A stretch of DNA of 64,000 nucleotides from positions 102,176,001 through 102,240,000 of the forward strand of contig NC_059430.1 of the NCBI RefSeq assembly GCF_021028975.2, given 5' to 3'. Made by a program: the position numbers and the translations under genes. Shown here piece by piece: positions 1-13,200 of the stretch; position 1 is the stretch's first letter, and every line of letters begins with the position of its first letter. The stretch is from Sphaerodactylus townsendi (lineage: Eukaryota). The notes below the pieces were generated by a model. It saw nothing but the letters and a program-made list of their open reading frames with translations, searched no databases and was not told the DNA's origin.

Positions 1-384
1 TTCAGCCAATTCTAGGCCAGAAGGAGACTCCAAGGTCTTTTACGCTGTCTTTTCCCTGGACTCATTAGGAAAAAAAATTGCTCCTAGCAAGAAACAGAAA
101 GAAAGAAGGAACATGAGGAAGAGTGTGTACATGGAATGTTACAACAAGCGATAGTTTATTTTTTAAAATCCTGCACTAATCAGCACTATTAAACTAATAA
201 AATATTGATGCATTGAGAAAGCAATTGATGAGCTAAGAGAAGATGCAGGAAATCTTTGTGGTCGATGCTGTTCCTTGATGACCCTTGTCATCGTTCCTCT
301 TGTGTTCATTACCAGGTATCTTTGCCGTTTGCAAGCTCCTAAAGCAATATGTAATTGCAAGCCTTGCTAGTGACATGACCTCAA

Positions 385-570
385 TAGCCCAATCTTATAC
401 GAACTCGGCAACTAAGTATGGGCCGCCCTGGTTAATCCTTGGAGACCACCAAGGAAGTCTAGGATTGCTACCCAGAAGCAGGCGATAGCAAAGCACCTCT
501 GAACCTCTCTTGCTTGACAGCTGTGCTGTGGTGGTGGTATTACCATAAGTCAGCTGCAACTTGACAGCAA
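385..570 (+). mobile_element. 5S rRNA-derived SINE (5S-Sauria-like), degraded
   Basis: 5S-like head (ccctggttaatccttggagaccaccaaggaa) followed by a Sauria/BovB-like tail (ccataagtcagctgcaacttgac). Confidence 0.65.
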
Positions 571-655
571 TAATTTTTTTTAAAGTACAAACCTTCCTCG
601 AGAGAAGAGTCTGCCTGGGATCTCAGTCCAGCCCCTGGAAACTTCTCTTCCCTTC

Positions 656-896
656 CCCAGTCTTAAGCATCTCATTATGGTTACCCCTTGACTGACTTCT
701 CCTGGATGTGCAAAGGGCTCTTTAACCCACTTCTTCCCCAGCATAAGCATCAATGGAAGCGTTGGAAAAACTTGTGCAGGTAAGTGAGCAGCTGCCAAAT
801 CTTCTATTGCTGCTTATACTGCGGGAGGTGGGTTAAAGAACCCTTTGTTCACCTTGGCTTTTGAAGGAGTCAGGGACTGAAGCTAAGACTGTTGGG
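656..896. repeat. Imperfect inverted repeat (old MITE-like hairpin)
   Basis: caaagggctctttaacccac...cataagcatcaatggaag (711-759) pairs with cttctattgctgcttata...gtgggttaaagaaccctttg (801-847); outer agtcttaagc pairs with gctaagact. Confidence 0.75.
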
Positions 897-1130
897 CCTT
901 CACCTTTTGCTCAGGATGAAGCCCCTGTGAAAAATAAATTGCGAATCCAGACTAGTTTCTCTGACACGGAATTATGATCTTAGTGCCAGATATCCCAGAA
1001 TTCCACCATTCCTAGCTTGTGTTGATAGACTCAATCCAAGCTTATTGCTCTCATGAAAGAACTTAAAATTCACAGCTGGTCTACCCCACTCCTCTGTCCA
1101 CTTTTTAAATACACTTAAATCTTTTGACAG

Positions 1131-1293
1131 CCAATCCGAACTGGAGAGCATTGAGGAAGTGCTAAGTACTTACCGGAGCTGTCATGGGGCACTCATCCAG
1201 TGGATCGAGGAGACCACAGCCCAGCAGGAGCGGATGAAACCTGGACAAGCAGAAGACAGCAGGGTCCTCTCTGAGCAGCTGAGCCAACAAATG
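1131..1293 (+). CDS. MACF1: MACF1 exon ([11 protein letters not shown]...EQLSQQM)
   Basis: ttttgacag acceptor, atg|gtaggc donor, open frame. Confidence 0.93.
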
Positions 1294-4200
1294 GTAGGCT
1301 TGATGTAGGGAAATGTCAAGGAAGGGGACATAGCACTGGGTCAAACTCGCGGCCCTCCAGATGTTATGGACAGCAGTTCCCATCATCCCCTGCCAGTTGG
1401 CAGGGAATGATAGGAACTGTAGTCCATAACATCTGGAGGGCCGCGAGTTTGACACCTATGGGTTAGGCTTTTTAATTCATGGAACGTTCATGGGAGGACG
1501 ACATTTGCCGAAGTCATTCCTGCGCGAAAAACTTTGTGCTGAAGGCTCCCCAAATTTGATGGGCAAATAGTCGCTGAATGCTTTGCAGAACATCCAGTTG
1601 ACCACATTTCTGAGATGCAAAAGTATTGGGCTTAGAAAGGGGCAGAAACTTAGTTTTTTATTACTCAGTTTTCCTTAATTGTTATTGGCATGTGTCCGGG
1701 GGTCACCGCGATGGCTCGCCCCGGACTCGCCCAGCTGGGAGGCGGGGCTGACGACGGGCCGGCGGCAGGACCCGGCAGCGGCTGGCAACCGGACGAACAA
1801 ACCAGCGTAGCGCCGGGCCGCAGGTTGCGAACCCGGTCGGGAGAAGATCGCCACGGAGCAGCGCAGCTGCGGCTCGTCGGGCCGGCAGCGGCTGGCAGGG
1901 ACGCGACGCAGCTGCGGCCGGGGAAGCCATCGAGGACAGACGGCCGGGCCGGGAACAAGGCCGGGAACACCCCCGAGAACGGGGGAAGGCTAGATAAGGG
2001 CCGAGCCAACGGAAGGGCGAGGCTGGTCGCAACGGGTCGAGGGAGGGAGTTGCGAAGGCTGGGAGTGGAAAACGCGAGCGTGGGAAAAGCAGAGAGAGAG
2101 AGAGAAGGAGAGCAGAGAGGTGGACAGGAGAACGGAGAGAGGGAGCGGGGAAGAGGAAGAAGGCGGGAGACGAGAGAACAGAGGAGCGTGGGAGAGAAGA
2201 GGGAGAGAGAGCGGAGGAGACACCGCGGAGCGAAAGGGCACGGGGGAGGAAAGGGAGGTTGGTCAAGGGGACAGACGCCCCCTCACCCGAGGGGCGGCAG
2301 ACCCCAGCCGCGTGCAGAGCACGCCTCAGGCAGGGGGAGGAGGGCTCTCCCCCCCCTCCCTTGGCGGCCACCCTGTGGTTTCGACAACTGACAGTGCGAG
2401 CCCCAAAGTCCGGGGCCATTGACGAGGAGCACATCACCTCGGTTAGGGACGGCGGGACGGTTTGTCAGCCCGGACCGCAGGAGGGAAAGGGGGAACGCCA
2501 CAGCATGTTTGGGCGAGACCCAAGAAGCTTGGGCACACCAGAGAAACATGTTTGGATGACTTTATAGAAATGGATGGTGCAGGGTGAATAACCCTGACTA
2601 CCCTGATCTCATCAGAACGTGGAAGCTAAGTGGGGGTCAGCCATAGTCAGTACTTGGATTGGAGACCACCAAAGAAAAACGAGGGTGGTATGCTCATGCC
2701 TCAAAACCCCCATGATCCTGGGGTCACCATTAGTTGGTTGTGACTTGGTGGTACACAATTGTTATGGCACAGCCATACTTGAAATACCATCTACCATTCT
2801 TGATGCTTTATTTATTTATTTTTTAAAAGAGAGGTTGCTAAGTTGAAAAATTCCAAGAAGTGCAACAAAAATTATTAGCAAGTTGGAGCACCTTCCTCAC
2901 CAGGCAATCTGTTTTGGGCATTTGGGTTTAGAGAAAAGAGACAGCTAAAGGGAACGTGAAAGTGTAACTAAACTGAGGGCAGACAGACAATACTAACTCT
3001 TCAGATACTGCATAATTAACATGAGGTGCCACCAGATTCAGTAGCTTTTGGAAACAGTTTGGACAAATTCAGATCCAACAGATTGATAGCTGTTGGCCAC
3101 GGTGACGAAATGGAAACTGCCAGTGGAGAATTACTTTTGAGTTCTAAATGCTGGGGACTGAGACTGTGGGAGAGTGTTGCCTTCATGCCTTGCATGTAGG
3201 GATTCCCTTCTCTTGAAAATATGATTCTGCCCCTAGATGGCCTTTGTGGTTGTGCTCAGCAGGGCTGCTCTTGTGTTCTTAAAGCCAACAGTGATTAGAA
3301 GGAAAGATTTCTCTTTCTCTGGGAAGAGCGAGGATTATAATAAATATTCTTGTTGGCAACATGAATGAAATATTTATATGGACACTGTTATGTGGGGGAA
3401 GGGAAGAATGGATGAGGAGACCAATGACCAAAAGGTCTGGAATGTTCTGGAATGCTGGTTTTGACAGTCTTTTTATTTTGAATTTAAGGCCCTGTTTGCT
3501 GAAATAGAGGGAAATCAAACCAAGCTGGATCAGTGTCAGAGACTCTCTCAGCAATATTCAGCTGCTGTCAAGGTACAGTAACACAATGTAGCAGTGTAAC
3601 ATCTCTGGTGTAGAATATCTGGCACAATAGCAGCGGAACATCTCTGCTGTAGAATATCTGGCACAGTAAAAATCTAGAGAGGGGAGATAGAACAAGGCAG
3701 TTTGGAGAAAAGGGTTGATATCTGTAGTTAGCTCCAAAACAATCCAGTCTCTCTGGGCAAAGACAGCTATGCTGTAAGAGATGCTGAAACTGGTTAAAGG
3801 TAAAGGAAGAAAAATGTTGAACTGTGTGGAGAGCAAAAAAGCTTATGGAGAATAGTCAACCGAGATTGAACTTCAGTGATTTGCATCTGGACGTTGCTCA
3901 AAAGGAGGCCATTTCAGAATAAACAGAGCTGTTCTTTTTTACTTGTGACCATTTTGTCCTGTCAGCCATTGCAATAACGGACTGTGTGAAAGTGTGCTAA
4001 TTGAATGTTAAAGGGTTGAATTCTCCCAATAAAAGGGGGAAAATGCTATTTGGCTTGCAAAGGGAAGCAGTAGGTATGCTGCAAGATACCTGAATAAAGG
4101 TGATGAGAGGTAATTAGACACTGAGAAAATGAAGCTGGGTGGCCCATATTCAGTATAAAATGTGACAAAAATATTTAAAGAGTGGCGTTAGAAATGAAGG

Positions 4201-7200
4201 GAAAGTTATTATGAGTATTTTTCCAGTCTTAGTTGTGGATGAAGGTTTTAATGGGAGCTAGATGAGAAATTCTGTGGTAAATGACTTCTGAATTGTTGTC
4301 AGATAACAGTTAATTTACACCTTGTGAAAGCTTCAAGATTGTGGAAACTTCATGGTGATTTGTTTTTATTCCCAATTCACAAATCTAGTTCCAGTATCTC
4401 CCATTATTATGTCTAAAAGAATATTAAAAGATCAGATCCAGGACCAGTGTCCCTGCTACCATGTTGTGGCTATGTCTCACATTGCTGCCTTATAAACAGT
4501 GTTGGTTAGGGTCAGGTAAATGTCTGACACAAAAAGGGTTAAGATGGAAGCTGTTTGCAGGCAGACCACGTGTGCCAAATCCTTCTTGGGAGGGTAGAAC
4601 TGCTCAAAATTGGAATTTTTTAATCTACAGACATGTTCATTGATAGCTTAATGGCATATGTTTATTTTATTTCATTTTTTCCCCTCATGAGAAGTTACTG
4701 AAGCATGAAATTTCCAGTTCCCACCCTGTAGAACTAATATTTTTGTCACCTCTGTATTCCCAGGACTATGAACTTCAGCTTATGACGTATTGTGCTTTTG
4801 TGGAGTCGCAGCAGAAGTCTCCTGTAAAGCGCCGGCGCGTCCTTTCTTCCTCAGATGCCATCACACAGGAGGTGAGGCCCCTGCCAGCCCTTTCCGTTTT
4901 TGGCATATGGAACTGAATGGGGTGGGGGAGGCAAGGGGAGTGATTTAGTTCCTTAGACAGACAAGCTGCCTCTCTTGAAACATGCACTCTTGCTTACTCC
5001 TAAACACATGTGTAAAAGTTTCCTCCCTCGCTGTCTTTTCCATCAGCCACAGAGGCTCTAAGCTCTAAGCATCAGGGGTTTGAAATACGTAGACTTCTTG
5101 GAACTGCTGGTTCAAATCCCTACAGGGGTCAACCCAGCTCTGCTGCCTGCAAGGTAAATCTAGAGCACCATGCAGTTCACTGTGTGTGTGGATCTTTTGG
5201 GTGAGCCCAAGGAAAAGAGACACAGAGAGAGAGAGATTGAAGGACCTCTTTGCTCCATGTGGAATTTAGGACTGTTGAGGAAGTTACTTTTGAGTTTCTG
5301 GAAGAAGTTTGCACTGTAGAGAACTCCGAGGTGATCTCTTCGCTTTCCTAGTTGGTTATTTGTTTTGCTCCCTGATGGAAAGTCTAATTATAAAGTTGTG
5401 GTATTTAAATGACATGGGTTTTTGGTTACAAATCTCCCACTGTTCCCTGGAGGAGCTCAGAGCAGTTTGCATAGAATTCTAGATGGTCGTCATCCAAGTC
5501 ATGGGCAGACCCGCTTGATTTCTTCAACTGTGTCATAGACCATTCTCTGGACTTTCTTTGTGCAGAGGGTGCCTTTGGTGGCATTCAGTGTGTCAGAATG
5601 GCCTTCTCACTGGTGAAGCTGTGGCTGAAAGGAATCGTAAGCTAAGTGGGAAATGCCATCAAGCTTCTACGTATGTCAGGAGGCGCTACCCTTTGCGTTG
5701 CACATAACAAGCACTGACCAGTTTCAAAACAGTGTTTTAAGATGACTGAGCAGTCCTATTGCATGCAGCTCCGCCTTTTTAAGACTGGCTCAGCCAAAAT
5801 CTTGACCTGGCTAGTCTGCTGCTGCAAACAAATAGAGGTCACAGCCCTGATGATTGGTTGCTGGTAGTCTAGTTATGGTCTGCCTTTCTCTTCCCACCTC
5901 TTTGTGTCCTATGCACTAGGGAACAGGTCTCCTTCTTTTCCTTTTTCTCTGTGGTGTTTTGTTCCTACTTGAAGAACTGGCTGGAGAAGGCCAGGCAATC
6001 TCATATTTCCTTTTATAGATCTGTAAAAAGAGATGTGGTTTTGCATTCTGAGACAAACAGCACAGGATGTCTGTGTTTACTTGCTGTTTGGAACTTGGGA
6101 TGTGTTCGCATCTTCCCTGGGGAGGACAGAGAAGGAGCCCTTGTTTCTTGAGAGTTCAGAGTCTGACTTGGACTCTTTTGCCAGACATTTCCTCCTTCAG
6201 TCCTTCTGCCTTCTTTGCTCTTTTTTTTTAACCCTTGTAGGCTTTTCACCCATTTGCATGTCCCAAAGTTGTTAACCTGTCTAAATACCTATCAATCTGG
6301 GCAGGGAGAGGCAAATGAGAAGTTTTGTGTTTAAGAGTAAAATGTGTTTGTGTGTGTGTGTGTGTGTGGGAGCATCCATTGCCACCATTAACAGGCCCCT
6401 TTCCTTGTGGTGCTTTCTTCTCCCCACCTTCCTCCTAGTTTATGGATTTACGGACACGCTATACAGCCCTGGTCACCTTGACAACACAGCACGTAAAGTA
6501 TATCAGTGATGCTCTACGGCGCCTGGAAGAGGAAGAAGTAAGGATGTGATTTTTAAAAATGATTTTATGATGCCTGTCTTGTAAATCAGTTGTGGCCTGT
6601 TGGACCAAGAAGCAGTTTTGGGAGGTGGTGGTGGTGGATCATCAAGATGGGAAGAGCTAGAAACACAGTGTTGAGGAGTGTTACAAAGCACTCCAGTTCT
6701 TGTGAACAGGGCACAACAAGTGTTCTGAGGTCTTCTCTTCAGCTCTCTTGTCCCTCTTCTCCTTGTTCACCCTGTTCATCTTCCAGGGTCTGCTGCTGTG
6801 TTAGCAGCCTACATGTGCTAACCCCTTCTTCTCCATCTTCTTGGATTCTCTGTATCCTCTGTGGCCTACTTCAGTCTGAGCTCACATACCCTTTCCCCTA
6901 GCCTGGAAGAAAATCCTCTCTCATCCCTATACAGGAAACCTGTACACATAACTTATGTGGGTTCAGGACAGTGGGCATAGAGGGGGGCAAGTGACACATG
7001 AAGCTTCCTAATATGCAACTAGACTCTTGGTTCAGTCAGTATTGTCCACTCAGACTGTCAGATTGGGCCCTTGTAACACGCTCTGTTCAGGGTGACTCTT
7101 GAGACTGCTCTGGAAACTTTTAAGTGGGACAGAATGGGACTCCAGGGAGGGCACATATCCAGCACCTATCCAACCAGTGCTCCACCAGCTATACTGGGTG

Positions 7201-10200
7201 CAGGTGGAGTAATGACTCAGGTTCATGGTTTGGCGGTTAATCTTCAAAGCCCTTAATCTTCAGAGGCCTTCGTATCTGTTGGGCCGCTTCTCCCAATATT
7301 ACCCCGCCCCCACCCAAGAGTTCTGCATTCATCCAGGAGCAACTTGCTGGTGGTCTGTGGATCGAAATCTATCTGGCTGTCCTCGACCATAACCAGAGTC
7401 TTCTCAGCTGTGGCCCTAGCCTGGTGGGACACTCTTCCAAATGAGACTCGGGCCCTGCAGAACTTACTGCAATTCTGCAGGGCCTATAAAACTGAGATGT
7501 TCCCCCAGACCTATGGTTGAGGGCAGCAACAGTGTCCCATCTAGCTGGCCTCCTTCCCCCTCCCATTCCTCCTTTGTTCCCTCCTTTCCTTTTACCATCT
7601 TAGAAGTTATTTTTATTCCCTAAACGGAATTACATTTTCCCCCTGTGACAGGTCCCCAAATTGATATTTCAGGGTGCCGTGGGATATTGTAGGCTTTTAA
7701 TTTATGAAATATGTTTTAATTGTGGTTATGAGGTAAGCCGCTTAAGCATGACTTGTCCTGGAAGGACAGGTTATAAACAGACAGTTCTCCAAGGTTTTAG
7801 GCAGCATTTCTCATCAGGGTTTTAGGGTCTCACATCACCTACTGCCAGATCCTTTAACTGGAGATAGTGGGGTTTGATCTTGGGACCTTCTGCATGATGA
7901 GCAGATGCTCTGGCACTGGGCTATGGTCCCTACCCTACTGAGTACACTAATACACAGGGGAGTCTGTGAGTCTTGTAGTAATTTTCCAAAAAGAGTACTT
8001 TCAGCTTGCTACATGTAAAAGAAGCATTTTGCTGTGTGGTTGAAAAAACTAATGCGGATATTTATATAGATATATTCCATGTATTTTTCATTTTCTCCCC
8101 TCCTCCCTCCCCTTCCAGAAAGTGGTAGAGGTGGAAAAGCAGGAGCATGTGGATAAAGTGAAAGAACTCCTGGGATGGGTCGCAGGTTTCAAGCACTGTG
8201 CACAGTTCAAAAGCATCACTCCCAACAGCAAAGAATTGGGAGATATTGAGAAGTCCATTGTTGAGCAGCAGGTATGTATTTGAAGGGCAGGGGGCACTTC
8301 TGTGTATACTTTTGGCTTCCTTGCCTTTTGGCTTCACGAGATAAACTCGTGAGATTTATTGTGGAGCATATTTCATTAGGAGCTGGGTTGCTTTCCAGAT
8401 GTGTGGATGTCTGCCTCCCTTGAGGTCCTTCCAGCACTCTTGATCCTCAGCGGTGTATTTCTGTTCTTGCCTTTCTCACTGGTTGGCTCTCTTTCTGTTC
8501 CTTAACAGGTTCTAAGTGAAGAACTAGGCTCAAAGAAGGAGCAAGTCTCGGAAGCTGTCAAAACCACCCAGATCTTCCTTGCAAAGCATGGCCACAAGTG
8601 AGTTTGGGAGGTGGTCACATAGACTGGGAAGAATGCAATTGTGTGGCTTGCTACAAATTTCCCTGCCACAAGGTGTGGGGGCAGCAGGGCGGGGTGGGGC
8701 AGGGCAAGGAGTTCAAGCTTCTAGTCCTTGTTTTTTAACACACCACACTTCTCTTCAGCGCCAGACTACTTCATGCTTTGTTGGCTAATAGTGGTTTTCC
8801 TGAGAAAAGAAACCTTGGAAACTGAAGAGCTAAGATTCAGACAAGTGTCTGAAAAGGGAAGATGGATCCTGTTGAGTTCAGGGGAATTCATCTTGTTACT
8901 GAGAAGATGTTTGACCCTAACCCTAGAGGGGTAGGGATGGCTGTCATGCAGCCAGTCAGTGGGAAGGGAGGATTGGTGGCTAAGTAGTACAGGACATGCC
9001 TTGTATTTATGAAGTCCGAGGTTCAACAAGTGGAATCTTTAATAGTTTTGGTGGGGGTTGTTTGCCAACAAGTTGCCGCTGACTTATGGTGACCCTGTAG
9101 GGTTTTCAAGGGAAGAGATGCTCAGAGAGAGTTTGCCACTGGCTGCCTCTGGACACAACCCCGGACTTCCTTGGTGGTCTCCCATCCAAGTATTAACCAG
9201 AGCTAACTCTGCTTAGTAGTCAAGATCTGTCATGATCAGGCTAACTTGGGCTATCCAATAAGGTCAATACCCACAGGGGGAAAAACACATCCAATAAGTT
9301 GTTGTACACTATATCAACCTCAAAAACAAAACTGTATCAACCATCAAAGAGTAGAGGCACAAACAGCATCAGTAAATAAATGAACTGGAACCACAATGCA
9401 ATATAACAATGTCTGCTAGCCAACAGTTTTGAGACACTGGCTGGCAAAGGTTTCAGGTTCTAGACCCAAAGGGCCCTAGTTTAAATCTGGTGGGAACCAA
9501 TGTGACCACTCCTCTCTACAGTATCCTGTGACTCCTAACCATCACTGGTCCATATCCCACAGCCTGGGAAAGCTAAACTTTTATAATGAAACATATAACA
9601 ATGGAGCTGGAATGTGCAAATATTGTTACAGTTCAGGTTCTCTGTGGCTACCAATCTTTCAGCCTATATCAAGACATGTGCTTCATCTCTTTCCACAGGC
9701 TATCTGGCCAGGAGAAGGAGCAGATTGTGACTCAGTTGAGTGCCCTGAAGGAGACATATGACCAGCTGTGCAATGACTCCACAGAACAGCTCCAGCAACT
9801 TCACAGCCACATGGCCCAGGAGACAGCACATAAGGTATCCCTCCTCTCTCCATGCCAGGATCTCCCTATCTGGGATACTTTTCTCTCAGCTGCGAGAGAA
9901 GAAATGTGCTTGCTGCACAGGCCATCTTTTTCCACAGCCAGATGGTATTTGATAAGTCCATGGAAGTAACCACCATTCCACTCAGTTCCAGCTCTTGTGT
10001 TCTGAATGGAGATCCCTTTGACAAGTTGGTTTCTCAAGGCTGAGCTGAGAGGATGTGTTATGAACATGTTGATGCCTTGAAGGTGGCAAAGCAAAGGTAC
10101 CAAACTCCTCACCTGCATAAGGCTCTTGCAAAGGTAACAACGTTTGAGGCCAAGGAGAAGTTTGGTGGGGGCAGTTTCTCTCATAAGTAGTACATTGATG

Positions 10201-13200
10201 GGATCTGCTTCTTATCAATAGCTTCTAGCTCCTTAGTTCTGGAAGGAAGCAATATTCTTCTCAAAGAAGGACTTTGGCCACCCAACCTGGTTTCCTCTGC
10301 AGTGGTTTGAAATAGAGTATGCTTCCCATTGATAATCTGAGACTGCANNNNNNNNNNNNNNNNNNNNNNNNNNNNNNNNNNNNNNNNNNNNNNNNNNNNN
10401 NNNNNNNNNNNNNNNNNNNNNNNNNNNNNNNNNNNNNNNNNNNNNNNNNNNNNNNNNNNNNNNNNNNNNNNNNNNNNNNNNNNNNNNNNNNNNNNNNNNN
10501 NNNNNNNNNNNNNNNNNNNNNNNNNNNNNNNNNNNNNNNNNNNNNNNNNNNNNNNNNNNNNNNNNNNNNNNNNNNNNNTTAATCATTAGTTTTCAGCCAA
10601 AATTACAGGAGGTCTTGCAGAAGTTCTTTAGGAGAAGATTATAAGCAGTGGCATCAAGGGAAAGAGGGCCACTTCAGAGGCCTTGAAAGATTGGGCAAGG
10701 GGCAGCAAGGGGCAGAAGTTACACAAAGTGATTTAATGGCAAGTGAAGGAAAAATGTTGCATGATGAACAGGACATCCAGTGATGTTTATTAAAGAGTTG
10801 GCAGGCAAATAGTTCGCATTCGTGCCAGAAGTGAATAATGGGAAAGGGCCTTATTCTCACCTCTGTGTCCCCAGAGGAAAAACCATCCTTCAGTCCTCCA
10901 CCATTATAAATCCTTCACTGACCCAAAATACCAGATGTTTCTTTTCCTCCCTTTTTGACCGCAATTTTGTGCTCCCCCCCCCCCTTCCCGGCACCAAACT
11001 TGGCAAGAAGTCTTTGAACATTAATTGTACCTGTTGTTGATTTGTTGCTGTTCTGGAGTCTGTTCTGGGTGAATATCCTTAAATCTTATGTGTATGTAAG
11101 TGTCATATTCATGTGTCTCACTGATAATGTTATCTTTGCGTGGAATTGTTTATAATGCTTACACGCTTCCATGTGTTTTGAAGCACCAGCAGACCAACTT
11201 GACCAGGTTGACACCATTTATGAACTTTGCTTGGACATCTTCCTCCAGTAAATCTAGCTGCAGGAAGCCCAAGGGGTCTTGCTTTGTCCACAATTCTTTC
11301 CCTCTTGTATTGTATTAGAAATCAGAATACTTTGATTCAGGTTTCCCAGTGTGGGAGAATTACCGCGTGAAACAGCAGGGCTCTAAACAAAAGATCAACA
11401 TGTGCAGTATGAAGGGGTGGCTGCAAAGGGATGTGTGTCTAAGATGGCACACTGGAGTCTTCCCCAGTTGAATGTAACCATGTTTTGGTTCGATTTTGGT
11501 GCTTCATTATCACAGACAGCCTTGAGGGGAGATCTTCTAACACTCTTTTGCTCGTGAAAAAGAGAGCGACTCTTGGTTGAAAGTGGTTGTCTAATTTAAG
11601 GTGTACGGTTGGAGGCTAAGAAAGCACCCAGCCTCTTCTGTCCCTGCATTGATTGAGCATGATGTGTCCCTGTATGGTTTGCGTTTCATGTTGAGTTACC
11701 ATTCAAATGAGTGGCCGTCTTCACTTACAAAATTTTGTGGTGTTCACTAACAATTCTTGAGGTCCTGCAAAAAAAAAAACAAAATACGTAACGAAACCCT
11801 CCACATTCATTGAAAGGAGGAAGAAGTTCTCTGTGTGTGGAGTGGGTATTCTTCTCACTTTTTTGTGCCAAACAAAACAGTCGCATGCCAGAAGCTAACC
11901 CCAAGCTTTTACTCTGTGTGTGCCATTCGGCTGAGTTGCTCCGTAAAGGCTCTGTCTTTCACTGCTCATGGCAAACCCCACCATCCTGGTAAGTAATCAG
12001 CCTTTTATGACTCCTGTCCTCTTTTCCCCCCTTTGGTGCTTGTTTTTAATATTTAGGTGTGCATGGGTGCAGACTCTTGACTCTGGAGTTTGAATGTTGG
12101 GAAAAGTCTTCCAGGTGGTCTCCAACCATGCCAGGCTGGGCAAGGAAAAGTGGGAAGGATCTTTGTTTAACTCTATGGCTAGAAAGAACATAGTCAGTTC
12201 TGGGCTTCATGTGAAACCTGTGAATTCTTCCCCCTGCTAGTTCAAAGAGCCAGTTTGTCTGCTGGATCTTTCAGAGATATTCAGAGAATAAGAAGAATTT
12301 GGATTTATATCCCCCCTTTCTCTCCTGTAAAGAAAGGGGTTTACAATCTCCTTTCCCTTCCCCCCCCCCCCCCACCCGCCACTGCCCACAACAAACACCC
12401 TGTGAGGTGGGTGGGACTGGAAGAGCTCCAAAGAACTGTGACTAGCCCAAGGTCACCCAGCTATCATGTGCTGGAATTCACACGCTAATCTGATTCACCA
12501 GATAAACCTGCACAGCTCAAGCGGCAGAGCGGGAATCAAACCCAGTTCTCCAGATTAGAGTGCACCTGCTCTTAACCACTATACCATGCTGGCTCACTTT
12601 ACAGTCAGTGAGTCACCTGAAGTGGTTTTCTAAATGTGGGCTGAATATGAGGTAATGCAGTCTGAGAATTGCGGAGGGCATGGTGCTGCCACAGGTTCTC
12701 CAAAAGGTTTGGAAGGGAGTGGTAGAGCCATCTTCCATGTTTGCAAAAGGCCCCAGGTTCCATCTCTGCCATCCCCAGTTTGAAAAGGATCAGGTGATAA
12801 GAAAGACTTATACCTGACACTTCAGAGAGCTGCTACCAGTCAAGAGTAGACAATACTGACTTTGATGGATGATGGTCGCATTCAGCATAAAGCAGCTTCA
12901 TGTGTTCATGTTCCATTTTTTTCCTGGCTGTGTGTGCCACTTCAGTTATAAATCTGCCCTGAGCAGATTTAGTTCCTGAGAAGTTCATAGATGATAGCCC
13001 AGGGGTCTGCAACCTGTGGCTCTCCAGATGTTCATGGGCTACAAATCCCATCAGCCCCTGCCACCATGGCCAATTGTAGTCCATGAACATCTGGAGAGCC
13101 GCAGGTTGCAGACCCCTGTGATAGCCCATTTCCATCTGTTATATAAATACACAACCAGCCATAATGTTGTTAGGAACCCTTGATCCCCAGGATAGCTTTT

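Noticed and set aside
385-570. 5S rRNA-like and tRNA-like segments (also at 2592, 9061, 24537 and the SINE heads) as RNA genes
   Set aside because: Degenerate and fused to SINE bodies; not functional rRNA or tRNA genes
1690-2437. 233-aa (+) and 244-aa (-) ORFs
   Set aside because: Low-complexity by-products of the GC-rich, stop-poor solo LTR; no recognisable domain
10233-10586. ORFs spanning N runs (also 51179-51796)
   Set aside because: Artefacts of assembly gaps
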